Shown in pieces: positions 38,424 to 52,286 of a stretch of DNA of 64,000 nucleotides; the first letter of the stretch is position 1, and each line of letters opens with the position of its first letter. Below the pieces are notes generated by a model. The model was given only the letters and a program-made list of their open reading frames with translations, ran no database searches and had not been told where the DNA came from. Source of the DNA: Cycas panzhihuaensis (Eukaryota; Plantae; Cycadophyta); the NCBI GenBank assembly GCA_023213395.1, contig CM041465.1, forward strand, positions 88,357,741-88,421,740. The letters run 5' to 3'. A program made the translations under genes and the position numbers.

Positions 38424-39726
38424 ATTGGTATCAAAGCTTGTGATCGGGCCTACAATTTGCTTAAGAGGCCCCAAGCTATAGATCATCATTAGTAAAAAAG
38501 AATTATTTCTAGAAATTTGGCAACTGGAAAATGGTCTTGAAGAACAAAAAATAATATTAATAAAAGAAAAGAATCTACCAATTCCAAATCCATGCACAAA
38601 GACGCTACTAAAGATTTGAAATGTGCCCTAAGCGCTTGGCAATGACTAGAAAGCCAAATATGAAAAGAGGGAAAAGGAAAATATTCAAAGGAAAAATTTT
38701 GTTGAAGCTCTCAATACGAGAGACACCTACCAAATGAGAGACACATTTGATGCCCTATCCAATTGTTGAACTAGAGAAGAGACGCATAAGATGGCCTAGT
38801 CATCTACTCATCCACATAGAGAAGAAGAAATAGTCGAATCATAGATGAGCTGTTGCCACACATGCATGAAGACTTGCCACTGAAAATCAAGCAAATCGAA
38901 GATCAAAGCCCCAAACGAGTTTGCGAAAAACCCATGCAGAGGAACATTGCTAGAAGGAAATTGACATCGCACAAACAAGATCTCTCATCACCTATTGTGG
39001 AAGAGAATCTGAATGCCCAAACGAGAACTATGCAGTTCACTACTAGAAATCGACACCAATGCCAATACGAAACCTCCATAGAGCCATATGAAAACCTGCC
39101 ATGAAGGAAGTGTACAAGCAGTCAAAGATCAGAATTGCCATCAAAATTTGTGAATAGAAAATTTGGAGAAATCACAGAGGTTTGAAATTTTTTGAATTTT
39201 CAAGGGATTTGCCTAAAAATTAAAAACAGTATATGCTTTTTCAAACTAGCATATTCTCATTTAAATTAAAGGAGAAAAAAACTTATGTGTGTTATTTTCT
39301 ATTACAAAAACTATATTTCTGCAATCTAAGAGGGTTAAGATTCAAAAAGATTTCTCATTTCTAAAATCTAAAGGGGGTCTATTCCAAAAAAGTGTCATTC
39401 TTGAAATTTGAAAGTGCAAAATTGGAAATTTATCATTGATTTTGCTAATTGGGAAACGTGACCAAGGGGAAAGATAACTAAAAAACATTAAAAAGGTCGA
39501 TTGGAAATTGTGCAAACCACATAAACACATTTTAATCAAGGTCCCATATGGAAACAAGAACTTGTAATAGGAAATTTTAAAATGCTAACACTTAGCATAA
39601 AGTTGTCAATAATTAAAATAGTCATGCTTATAAATGCATTTAAGCCAAAATTTGTGAGACTAGTTTTTGAGCTTTCCTCTTCATGGCACATCATGCCTTG
39701 TAGGGATAAGCATGCATCCTCAAAAA

Positions 39727-42634
39727 AAGAAATGATGGAGGATACCAAAATGGATCCTACCCAAAGAAGGTCTGAGAATTCTTCTCTGGCATTTGCACGG
39801 ATAATGGAAATTGCACTACAATGTCAAGGTAATGGCCAAGCACAAGTGATGCAAAATTTGATGGTGATGTTCCAACAAATCATGGCCCAACAAACACAAC
39901 AAATTTTGCGAGTTCAACAAAACCAACAAACTCAGCAAAATCAATTGACTAAGATTCCCACAACAATCCCTCTCCAACAATCACAATTCAAATTGGATGC
40001 ACAGATCACTATAACAAAATTTACCAACACCATAAATCCCACAACACTAGATAGTTGGACCTTTGAGGCATACTTTAAATATGACAATCTAAAAAAGGAG
40101 CAAAAGATTATTGTAATAGAGATACATATGTTGGAGGAGCAAGCACAAGTTTAGTAGAAAACATATGTCAAAACACATCCAACAATCATCAGGTCGAACA
40201 ATTTCAAACAAGCCTTCCAAACTCAATATTGCCTAGTTAGGTATGCAAACAAAAGAGAAAAGAAGTAGTTGCAACCACGACAATGGGTTGGACAATCTGT
40301 CCAATAATACATAGATATTTTCAACATGATAATCATCATGATAGAATCTAAGGGCTCCAAGCACACCCTCAAGCTCAATTTCTCAAGTGGCACATTTACT
40401 TCTCTGCAACCGTAACTAGATCTTATAAAAATCTCTTCTTTGGATGAATCCTTTTAGTATGCACTGAAAGTTGAAAACAAGCTACATAAGCACCAACCTA
40501 CAAAATCCTAGTAGCATCAACAACAACCACAATGGCCAATAAAACAACCTTTTTATTCGAGAAAGAAAGTAACAGTAGCAAAGCCTCCCCAACCTCAGTA
40601 ACCCCACTAAACAACACTTGCTACATCCACATCAAGAACAGAAAGCAAAGCTCCGCAAATGTATTGCACACTGCATGATATGAGGAAGCACTCCAATGAA
40701 GAATGTAGGAAGAAGAAAGCGCAATATAAAGCCAAAGCCAAGACCTCAATAGTGGAAGATGTAGGCACATTAAGTGCTACAATGGAGGAGACAACAATAC
40801 TAGCCACTAATCAAACGGTGCATGGCCCCAACTTGGTCCTCCTAGCTAAAAATTATAATGCCTTAGAAAGAGAAGCTTTATTCACCTAAAATTGTCAAGT
40901 CAAATATTACATTGTATTATGTATCATCGATAATGGTAGCATTAAAAATCTTGTATCTAATCAACAAGTTACAGATTTGAATCTCCCTACAAAGCCCCAT
41001 CCTCTCCCCTATACCCTTGGTTGGGTTTAAAAAGGAGAAGGTATGCAAACTAGAATTGATAGAGTCTACCATGTGACATTTGCAATGAAGCCCTTTGTGG
41101 ACACAATTGTTTGTGATGTAGCCCCCATGGATTGCTATCAAATTTTGTGAGGAAGACACTATCAACACGATAAAAGAGCAGTATACCATGGGAAAACACA
41201 TACCTATTAGTTATACAAGGATCAAATAGATTATCAACTCCAATCCTCCTCCTCTCAAATAGCCTTAAACACCAACCCACAAGCATTTAAAATGGCTAGA
41301 GCTGTTGAAAGAGAACATTGTCTTGCTAGTGAGACAAGCGGAGAACTCACTAGAGCCTTGACAAAATGCTCACCATCCACAAGTGTAGAAGCTTTTGGAT
41401 GGTTATTCCAATGTCTTTGAGCCACCTAGGAATCTTCCTCCTATTTGGGCAATCCAACATGGCATTGATATGCTTCCCAGATCCATTCTGCCCAATGGAC
41501 CACTATTCAAAACTTCAATTCTAGATTGTGGAAAATAAGAGCTTGAACTTGAGGAGTTCATAGAAGAACGACAGATTCAACCAAGTTCCTCTCCATGCGA
41601 CTCCCCAATGCTTTTGGCTTTGAAAAGGGATAGAACTTGGAGACTATGCATTGACTTCAAAGCACTAAATCACACTGCAGTTAAAAGCCATTATCTACTA
41701 CCCTACATCAATGGTCTGCTAGATGAGCTATAAGGGAAAAAATACTTCCCAAAACTTGGTCTAGCATAATAGAGCTTCTGAAACTTGGAAGACTATGTTC
41801 AAGACTCACTTTGACCTTTCTAAACGGTTGGTCATGCACTTCAACCTCACTAATGCATTGACAACTTTTATGAGACTGATATGTTTGACCCTTTCTCGGG
41901 CAAATTTGTCATTCATTTCAAGAACATTAGATAAAAGCAATGAAAAGCAAATGTTACCTTGGGCAAGAAATAGTTTCCTATTTGGGAAATATTGTGGATT
42001 CACAAGGCATTCATGTAAATCTCAAAAACGTCTAGGCCATTCTCAGCTAGCCACTACTCAAGGGTTTGATTGATCTCCATAGTTTCTTACACTATACAAG
42101 ATTCTATAGGAAACTTATTCCTGGGCATGCAAATATCACACATACACTTTACACTCTCACAAAGAACAAAGTAATGTTTAATTGGGGACCTACTCATAAT
42201 TCCACCTTTGATTGGTTGAAGAACACCCTATGCATAACTGAAGTTCTTACACTCCTGGATTTGTAAAAAGCCTTTCGAAATTAAGATTGACATCTCCCAA
42301 GTGGCCATGGAAGCAATCGTTAAGCAAGGAAGACACCTTGTCACCCATCACACAAAAACATTTTCATAGGCAAAGCCAAATTACAACACATATGGCAAGG
42401 AGTTCTATGTCCTTATTCAAAACATTAAGTACTAGCATCATTATCTTTTAAGCAAGGAAAGTATAACCCATATGGATCATTGGCTACTTTAGCCTCTACA
42501 CGCACTAAGCCATATTCAAGAGCACCACCATGTGCGATGGGCTTCATACTTGCAACAGTGTCATTTAGTGATCAAATAGAAAAAAATGACTACCAACAAA
42601 GTACCAAATTTTTTCAATGGACCCCAAGTTCATA
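39727..42634 (+). pseudogene. gag-protease-RT-RNase H, decayed with deletions
   Basis: Knuckle-like CTLHDMRKHSNEEC; IIDNGS; WRLCIDFKALN; YGKEFYVLI. The RT catalytic YxDD region appears deleted near 41900. Confidence 0.8.
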
Positions 42635-42639
42635 CATTA

Positions 42640-42874
42640 TATGACGGAACAATTCCGTTACTGAAGAAGAAAATCAAATAATTGAGCATGCACGAACACT
42701 GGATAATCAAATAATTAGATTATATTGAATTGAATGAGAATTGATTGTATATATTACTTTTGGGGTCCAATTTATATGCAAAGCATGCCCCTTTTTAGGA
42801 AAGGTTATGTCCTTTCAATGATACCTATTTATTTAAACAAATGATAATTAACCCCTTTAATGAGGTTCATAACA
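42640..42874 (-). repeat. gypsy 3' LTR
   Basis: Direct repeat of 56612-56846. Confidence 0.95.
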
Positions 42875-42889
42875 ATTCCTCCCTCTTAA

Positions 42890-45800
42890 GATGTTTCACC
42901 CATGAAACTTTTTTTTTTCAAATCAGGATAAAGTTTGATAAAATCAGAGGATTCCCAGGAAGCATCTTCGAGGGGTAAATATTTTCATTTGATCAGGTAT
43001 TCGCGAATAGTCTTTGACCGCAGCCGATGTTCTCAAACTTCAAGGATATCTTCTGGCAATAAGATTAATTTGCCTTCTTCATCTAAGAGGGGTAATTATG
43101 TTTGTACCTGTACATGATTTCCAATTTTCTTTTTGAGACACGATACATGAAATACATTGTGTAATTTAGAAGTTGGAAGTTCTAAGGCATAGGCCACTTC
43201 TCCAATTTTCTGTTTAACCTGAAAAGACCCATAAAATCGAGGACTCAATTTCTCCTTTTGAGAATTTTTTAATGATGTTTGTTTGTATGGTTGCAGCCTT
43301 ACATAGACCCAATCCCCAAGTTTCAATATTCTTTCTGTACGATGTTTATCGGCTTGTTGTTTCATACGGTTTCTTGCTTCTTCTAAATGTTGCTTTAATA
43401 TTTGAATTCTGTTTTGTGATTCATGGAAGTAATCATGAACTGCTAGAACCTTATTATCCTTCCTTAACCAATCTTTTAATTGAGTTGGTTGATAGCCGTA
43501 CAATGCCTAATATGGGGTCATTTTAATGGATGAATAGTAAGAAGAATTAAACCAAGCTTCAGCTAAATGTATCCATTTGACCCACGAATTTTGTTTATCT
43601 GCTACATAATTTCGCAAATAATTCTCTAAACATTTGTTAACCGCTTCAGTTTGTCCATCTGTTTATGGATGATAACTGGTACTCATCTCCAGTTTTGTAC
43701 CCACTTGCTGAAACATTTCTTGCTAGAAATGACTTAAGAATTTGGGATCTCTATCGCTAATAATGGTCTGCGGAAATCCATGTAATTTGCGAATTTCTTT
43801 GACAAATACTCTGGCCAGTTGCTGAGCTTTATAATTAGATTGAATGGGTATAAAGTGAGCAAATTTTGTTAAACGATCCACGATCACGTAAATAGCATCT
43901 TTCCCTTCTGATTTTGGTAAACCGGTAATAAAATCCATGCTAATACTTTCCCATTTTTCTTGCAGAATAGGAAGAGGCTGGAGCAGTCCAGGAGTAGCAG
44001 TACATTCATATTTATTGACTTGGCACACTATGCATTCAGATACAAATTTCTTAATGTCCATTTTCATTCCCTTCCAAAAAAATGATTGTTTGGCTCGAAG
44101 ATAAGTTTTATAAAATCCTTCATGACCTGTTGTGGGTACTATATGTTCTTCATTTAATATCTTGGTACAGAAAGTTGAGTTTGCACCTAAGAATATCTGT
44201 CCTTTATACCACAAAATATCATTCTTCCATTTGATTTCGTCTTCCTTTCCTAGTTGAATTCTTAGAATAAGTTGTTGAATGTCAAGATCTTTCACATATT
44301 CTTATTGTAATTCCATGATCCACGCTGGTTCTATTATTGAAACGGCCTTTAACTGAGATTCTGCATTTTCTTCATCTTTCCGGGACAACGCATCAGCCAC
44401 CACATTAGTTTTACCCTTATTGTATGTTATGTCAAAATCAAATGCTTGAATTTTACTTATCCACTTCTGTTGTTCCGGGGATAATTCTTTTTGTTTTAAC
44501 AAATATTGCAAACTATTATGATCTGTCTTGACTATAAATTTACTACCTAATAGATACTAACGCCATTTAACCAAAGCGTGTATAATGGCCAACATTTCCT
44601 TATCATAGGTAGATTTGAGAATTTCTCTGTTGTTTAGCTTTCTACTCTCAAATGCGATGGGTTTACCCTCTTGCAACAGTACTACACTGATTCTTATTCC
44701 TGATGCATTGCATTCTATTATAAAAATTTTAGAAAAATCAGGTGATGTTAGCATCGGTAATTAAGTCACAATTTGCTTAACTTGTTCGAAATACCTTGTT
44801 GCTTCTTCATTCCATTGAAAAGAATCTTTTTTTAATAAACAAGTTAAGGCAGTTGTTCTCTGTGCATAATTTTTAACAAAACGTCGATAATATCCTGTTA
44901 ATCCTAAAAATCCTCAGAGTTTTGTAATATTTTTAAGTATCGGCCATTCTTGAATTGCCTTAACTTTCCCTGGATCAGCTCTAATACCTTCTTTTGATAT
45001 AAGATGACCAAGATATTCTATTTCTTCCATTCCAAAATAACATTTTGTTTTATTAGCATAAAATTTTTGTTCCTTCACTGTGCTCAATACTTGGTCTAGA
45101 TGGTTCATGTGTTCTTACCATTGTTTACTGAAAATTAATATGTCGTCAAAGAAGACTAAGACAAACTTTCGCAAGAAGGGTTTCAAAACTTGATTCATTA
45201 TAGCTTGGAATGTGGCTGGTGCATTGGTTAGGCCAAAGGGCATCACCTTAAATTCATAATGACCATGGTGTGTACTGAAAGTTGTTTTGTACGTATCTTC
45301 TAGTTTAATACGAATTTGATGGTAACCCGATTTTAAATCTATTTTTGAAAAATATTATGCTCCTTGTAATTCGTCTAATAGCTCTTCGATCCTTGGTATA
45401 GGAAATTTATTTTTTATTGTAGTTTTATTTAGTGCTCGGTAGTCTATACACATACGATAAGATCCGTCTTTTTTTCTTACCAAGATTACAGGAGCTGCAA
45501 ACGGGCTTTTACTAGGGGTTATCGCTCCTAGGTCTAATAATTCTTGTACGATTTTTTCAATCTCATTCCGATAATGATGTGGTTGTTTATAGGGTCAGAT
45601 AAAAATTGGATTAGTACCTGCTTCCAGCTCAATTTGATGTTCAAATCCCCTGTCTGGCAGTAATTCTGCTAGGATATTTTGGAAAACTTCTTTATGTTTT
45701 AAGACGACCATTTGAAGTTCGTTTTCTTGTGTAGTTGGCTCAATTTCTCCCTGGACTGAAAAAAGTTACCACAGTAGCCTTTTTTGATTAACTTTTCCAA

Positions 45801-47476
45801 TCGTTTACAGGATATTAGTTGGCTATTTCCAGGTTTCTCTCCTTGAAGGACGACAGTTCTTCCATCTTTCTTATATCTCATAAATAATTCTTCAAGATTC
45901 ATTTCAAAAGTTCCTAAAGTTCTTAACCATTGACTTCCTAGAATAATATCTACTCCACCAACATCTAATACATAAAAATTTTCTTTAAGAATGACATTGC
46001 CAATTGAGATTTAAGGTTTTCCATCATTCGTTGTCCCAATATAACTTGGCGTCCCCCAACACTCACTTGAAAGGGTGTCATTCTAGATGGAAACAGTTTT
46101 AACTGTTGAGCCGATATTCTATCAATAAAATTATGAGTACTTTCGGGATCGATCAAAATTGTAATAACCTGATTTTTAATAAATACTCGTAGTTTAAGCG
46201 TATCAGATCTTGTCAAACCACTCATAGTTGAGAATGACATTTTTAAGATGTCCTTCTCTTGGTTATATTGGTATTCTTGAGTTTCAAGAATATTTTCTTG
46301 GCCACTCTCTATATCATCTTCTTCTTCAATTTCCTCATTTTTTGCGACCGGGGATAATTCAATTGTATATAACTAATTTTTCTGACATTTGTGATACGGT
46401 GTCCACTTTTCGACACACCTGAAATAGAAATTCTTTTTCCGTAATTCTTATTGCTCGACTCTTGTCCTTTGAAGTAGTGGTTTAGCTAGTTCAGTAACTC
46501 TACTAGGTACTAGACCAGGTCATATTATTGAAGGAGGACTAGAACAAGCAAAAGGAGGAATATAGGGTCTTGTTCTTGCTCTTCATAATTCATTAACCTT
46601 TCCTTCATGTATTTTGGCAAGTTGTATTGCTTTATTCAAATCCTGTGGTTCTTGAATCTTGAAGTCTGCTTAGATTTCAATGGTTAAGCCATCTATATAT
46701 AATTATATAAGTCGATTCATGGAAATGTCTTCTAAAACATAACTTAATTTTGTGAATGTTGCACAGTATTCTTCCATAGATCCTATTTGTTTTAATCTTC
46801 GTAACTCACAATAATAATCACGATTAGATACTGTCTCAAACCGTTCGATGAATAAACGCACAAATTCTTTCCAGGTGGGAAGTTGAGTTCGAAAAGAGGT
46901 TTGTTCAAGACACTGCCACCATTCACACGCTATCCCATCCATATGCAGGGTGGCTAACGGGACTTGCTCTGCTGGATCAATTTCTATTAAGTGAAAGTAG
47001 TTTCCCATTTGTTGGATCCACACTGACGGCTCATGCGATTTTTACTCCATATTGAAACATTGTATAGTTATTTTTTCCAACTTTTTCTTTTTCTGTGTTT
47101 GGATACTTTGTAAGCAATTGAAGTATGCTTGAAAACCCACTATCTTCTATTCTTCAGGTGATAAATTATGGTATTCATTAAGATACTTTCTGATAGCCTC
47201 ATTTTCCAAATTAATTGGAGATATCTGAGGTCCCAACTGATTCCTTATAGTTTGATGTCTGACATGTGATTGACAACTCATTGCCTCGTCTTCTGAATCT
47301 GACACAATCATATCCTCCTTTCTACTTGTTGCTATAGTTGTTAGTTTATCCAAAATTTGGTGTAAAGTATAATTCAAGAGAGCATTTGATGTTTGGACCG
47401 CGCTATCGACTGCTTGAGTGATTGGTTCGACAATATCTTTTTGAACGATGTTGTCCGCCATATCTTCAATGTTCAT
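42890..47476 (-). pseudogene. gypsy gag-pol with chromodomain, multiple stops
   Basis: Gag 46400-47476; protease ILIDPESTHNFI; [10 protein letters not shown]; RNase H YDKEMLAI; integrase WESISMDFITGLPKS..VDRLTK; chromodomain IREYLIK*KYLPLEDASWES. Confidence 0.95.
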
Positions 47477-47533
47477 TATTTTAATGATGGTGTAAGTACC
47501 ATTCCACTGTTTTTCTGTCGTGATTGGTTGACC

Positions 47534-48087
47534 TGTGAAAAGAGGCTAGATGGCCTCACAGTCCCAAGATCTAGAAACTAGGATCACTCTAGTTCTAGAA
47601 GCACAAATACTAACAAGTATGATATTCTCAAGGTAAAGAGAAAGCATAAGAGACAAAGCATAAATGAAGGAGCAAGAGAAAATGATACCCAATACGTGGA
47701 GCTGGAATTGGTCCAACCTCCAAAGAATAACCAGTTTGATTAGCAAACTGACAGCATAACAATACAGCTCCAACTCTCTTATGAGACAATGAGAAGAGGT
47801 CTCATTATATAGAGTGAGATGAGAGACCTAAGGCCTTGGATGTTTGACAAGTGTCAAACATCCAAGATACATGCCTTGCATGTAGGACATGTGTCCTTTT
47901 GGGCTCTCATATGAGCAAAAAAGCATGAGGGTCCATTTGACCCTTTAGTGACAACGTTGTGTCACTAGAAAGAATGTGGGTGTGCACTTTATCACTTAAG
48001 TGATAAGTCACCCCTAAAGTACAAAAGTACACATATTACATAAAAATTAAAGTACAATATCTTAACATGTAAACATAAGGTTTAACA
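47534..48087 (-). repeat. copia 3' LTR
   Basis: ~98% identical to 54763-55316. Confidence 0.97.
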
Positions 48088-48114
48088 CCCCGCCTTACTG
48101 TTTACAATGTTAAG

Positions 48115-51100
48115 TCCGACACTAAGACCATCTCTGAATTTTACAAACTTTTCTCTACCAAGAGGCTTGGTAAATATGTCTGTTGTCTGCTCCTCTCAGA
48201 GGTCTCAGATTAGAGGTTGATCTCACCATTCTGCACATGCTCTCTGATGAAGTGATGGTGAACCTCTATGTGTTTTGTCCGCGCATGAAAAACTGGATTC
48301 TTAGCTAACTTGAGCACACTTTGATTGTCGCAATGTATCCTGGTGGGGTGACCCTGCTCAAGTCCAAGTTCCCCAAGAATCTGTCAGAAATGATAGCTTC
48401 ACAAGTGCTACCGACCGCAGCTTTGTACTGCCTATGGAGGACAAGGTAACATTGGTTGCTTCTTGCAACTCCACGAAACAATCGCTAAACCAAGGGAAAA
48501 CAAGATTCGAGGGTTGATCTCCTCGCTATCTTGGCAACTCGCCTAATCGTAATCCGAGAACCCTTCCAAAGTGAAGTTCTCATTATGTGCATACTCAAGG
48601 CCATGCCGCAATGTGCCTTTGATGTACTTAAGTATACGCTATCGCATTCCAATGTATCCGATTGGGTTGAGACATGTATCGTGAGCAAATCCCAATCAGA
48701 AATGAAATGTCCGTCGAGTGTTGGTGAGATAAATAAGACTCCCAATCAATCACGCAGAAAGTGTGGGATCTGCCGGTGCAGCTTCCTCATTAAGAGTAAG
48801 CTTAGATCCATTCTCCATTGGTGTAGGCGTTGGTTTACTGCGGCATCCCGAATCACGCAAAATGTCCCAAGAATATTTCGCTTGGGAGATGAAGATATAG
48901 CCTGGCTATTGCCATATCTCAAAACCTTAAAAGTAATGGAGAAGTCCAAGATCTGTCATTTCAAAACTTCTCTTCAAGTCATCTTGGAGAATGTGAATCA
49001 TGTTAGTGTCACTACCAGTGATCACTAAGTCATCTACATACAAGGCAACAAAAATGACATGGTTCTTTTCATGTTTTATATACAGATTAGGATCTGAAGT
49101 AGATCGATGAAACCCATGTCTCAAGAAGTAATCATCGATCTTTGAGTACCATGCTCTTGGAGCTTGTGTCAAGCCATATAACGCCTTTTTTAGGCGATAT
49201 ACAAAATGCTCCTTGCCTTGTACTTTGTATCCGGGAGGTTGCTCCAAATATACCTCCTCCTGAAGATCGCCATTAAGAAAGGCGCTCTTCACGTCCATCT
49301 GATAAACTAGCCATTTGCATTGAGCAGCTAAGGCCAAAATGAGTCTGATGGTGTTCATATTTGCCATTGGTGCAAAAGTTTCCTCATAGTCTATGCCTTC
49401 TTTTTGTTTAAATCCTTTTGCTACAAGGCGGGCCTTCTGCCTTTTAAGTGAACCATTAGAATGGAATTTGGTCTTGTAAACCCATTTGCAACTGATTGCC
49501 TGTTTGTGTTTAGGCAATTCAACCAAATTCCAAGTACTATTCTTTTCAATAGAATGGATTTCTTCATCCATGGCAGCCTTCCAATTTTCATTTTTGGAAG
49601 CCTCCTCAAAAGTGGAAGGCTCATCAACACAAAGCACTTCAGCCATAAGTGCATAATTGGTTTGCTGTCGATATTTAAATGGACGTTTTCCTTCAATGAT
49701 GTGGCCGTCTTGAACTGTTTGAGTGTACCATTTTGGCAACTTTTGAATCGAAGTTACTTGAACCTCAAGATCTTCTGGTCTAATTGGTTGGTCAACAAAA
49801 GATGTGCTTGGATCAAGTGGAGCAAATTCAATTGAAGTAGACGGTCCAGCAGGTGCAAATGATGTACATGGTGTAGAAGATTGAGAGGGAAGCAAGGCCT
49901 CAACAATCTTCTTGCCTTTGTCAATGGGAGGTTACATGGATGCTATTTGCAACTCCTTGTGATCTTCTTCAGCAAAGATGACATCTCTTGAGAGATGCAT
50001 TTTCTTTCCTATAGGATCATACAACTTGTAGGCTTTGCTGTGAATGGCATATCCTACAAAGATGCATTTCAAACTATGCTTGTCTAATTTCTTCCTTTGT
50101 CGACGGAATGTGCATATAAGCAGTGCACCCAAAAGTCCTCAAATGGCTGACAATAGGCTTTTTGCCAGACCATGTCTCCTCGGGTGTCATGTTGGTGACT
50201 GTTGTAGTAGGACTGCGATCGGCCACATAGGCAGCTGTGTGAAATGCTTCTGCCCAATAAGCTCGAGTGAGTCCTTGTGCATGCATCATTGCTTTGGCTT
50301 TATTGGCCAACGTTCTATTCATTCGTTCAGGGACTCCATTTTGTTAAGGAGTGTGAGGTATAGTCAGTTGTCTCCGAATGCCATTATCCTTGCAGTATTG
50401 GATGAATTCATTTGATGTAAATTCACCTCCATTGTCTGTCCTTACGGTTTTGATTGAGTGGCCAGACTCATTTTCCACTTCAAGCTTGAATTCTTTGAAC
50501 TTAGTAAATGCTTCAGATTTGTGTTTTATGAAATAGACCCAGACTTTGTGAGAAAAGTCATCAATGAAGGAGATGTAATACAAAGCTCCTCCAAAAGATG
50601 ATGTGGACATAGGTCCACACAAATCCGAATGTACCAACTGCAGAGGATGTGATGCACGCCACGCTTTGCCTTTAGGGAAAGGCAAACGATGCTGAGTTCC
50701 CATAACGCACGCTTCACAAAGACATTTTGTTCCATAAATCTTAGGAAGCCCATGTACCATGTTCTTGTTGATCATCTGCCTCAAATTGTCTAAGCTTAAA
50801 TGGCCTAGACGTTGATGCCAAAGTTGCATCTTGGACAAGTAAGGAGTGACAATGGAACCAGAGTAAGTAGAATCAAGTGTTATATTATTTGCATCTAATT
50901 TGTAGAGGCCTTGATCCTCATAGCCAACAGCTACTACTTGGTCTTCTTTGTCACTGATTATACATTTCCCATTTCTGAACAATACACTCATCTGTTGCTT
51001 GTCCAATTTGCTAACAGATAGTAAGTTTTTGTCCATTGAAGGTATTAAATAGGCATTGCCATCGGGAAATGAGGAGGAAGGATTTGATGAAGAAAGAAAT

Positions 51101-52286
51101 GGAATTATTGTGCCTACTCCTAAAATTTTAACAGATTGATTGTTCCCAAAGGTCACTAATTGACCTTTGCCTTCCTTGATGTCGGTTAGGAGCTCTTCAC
51201 TTCCAGTCATGTGTTGTGAAGCTCCCGAACCAATAATCCAAGTTTCATCAACCTTGGATGTCTGATATGCACAAAACAGTTTGTCTTCATCTCAGAATCG
51301 ATTAAAGTGGCATTGATTGCCACCTCTGAAACCCCCCCTTCCTCTTTGACCTCCTTGATAGGCACCTTGATTTAGTCGAGGGGGTTGTTGCTGTTGTTGT
51401 TACTACTGCTGAAACCTTTGTTGGTACTGCTGACGTGGCTGCTATTGTCGCTGATTCGGATGACATGGCTGCTGCTGCTGCTGGCGTAGATCTGCTTGCT
51501 TTTTCCGACAATTAGGTGCTATGTGGCCAGGTTTGCCACAATAATGACATACAACATTGGTCCTTGAAGACCCAATGTTCATGTTCCCAAACTGCTTTGA
51601 GAGTGTAGGTTTGGGTTGCTGTTTGGCCTTTGAGTTGACCATGAATGCACCTGATGTAGATGGTTCCTCCTCATTATCTTTAGTGTAGATTTGTTCTTCT
51701 TGAAGTAGCAGACTTTCAAATTCATTGAATGTCATAGTTTTGAGAAAACCATCTCTTGTAATAGACGAAATGAAGCCATTGTAGTCCTTGGGCAAAGCTT
51801 TGGTGATGGATGTGATCAATTCATCTCTTGTGGCTGGACTACCTAGTGTATTCAGTTCATTACATACCTCCTTGATGGAGGAAAGAAAAGCCGACATAGG
51901 CTTGACAAACTTAACATAATACAATTTTGCTTTAACCATTAAAATGCGAACTTCATCTCACCTTTCATACAATGAGGACAAAATGTCCCAAGCTTCCTTA
52001 GAAGTTTTAGCACAAGCAATATTTTGATCTACATGCACATCAACAATCATGTGAAGGAATGCCAAAGCGATTTCATCTTTGGCTTCCCAAGCAACAAGTA
52101 AAGCATCATCAGGTTGCACAGTAACATTACCATTGATAATGTCTTTGGTCGAGGTAATCTCCCAAAAACATAACTCCAAAATTCGTTCATGATCAGCAAA
52201 TTCTGAATGAGTCTCTTCCATTCTTGATAATTATCTTGTCCTGTTAATCGAATGGTGCATGCATTTAGCATGTTTATAGCAGCCAT
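48115..52286 (-). pseudogene. copia gag-pol polyprotein with a few stops and frameshifts
   Basis: Gag knuckle CHYCGKPGHIAPNC; protease WIIGSGASQHMTG (catalytic D>G); integrase LVHSDLCGP..FIDDFS..RTDNGGEF; RT QMDVKSAFLNG, LYVDDL; RNase H HARTKHIEVHHHFIR. Confidence 0.96.

Noticed and set aside
47546-47773. Duplicated 75-aa hydrophobic ORF (also 54775-55002)
   Set aside because: Lies inside the two LTRs; the duplication is explained by the LTR pair and the hydrophobicity by T-rich composition.
48531-49028. Plus-strand ORFs antisense to pol (also 10225-10545, 49461-49835, 50044-50415, 60231-60608)
   Set aside because: Shadow frames of retrotransposon coding sequence.
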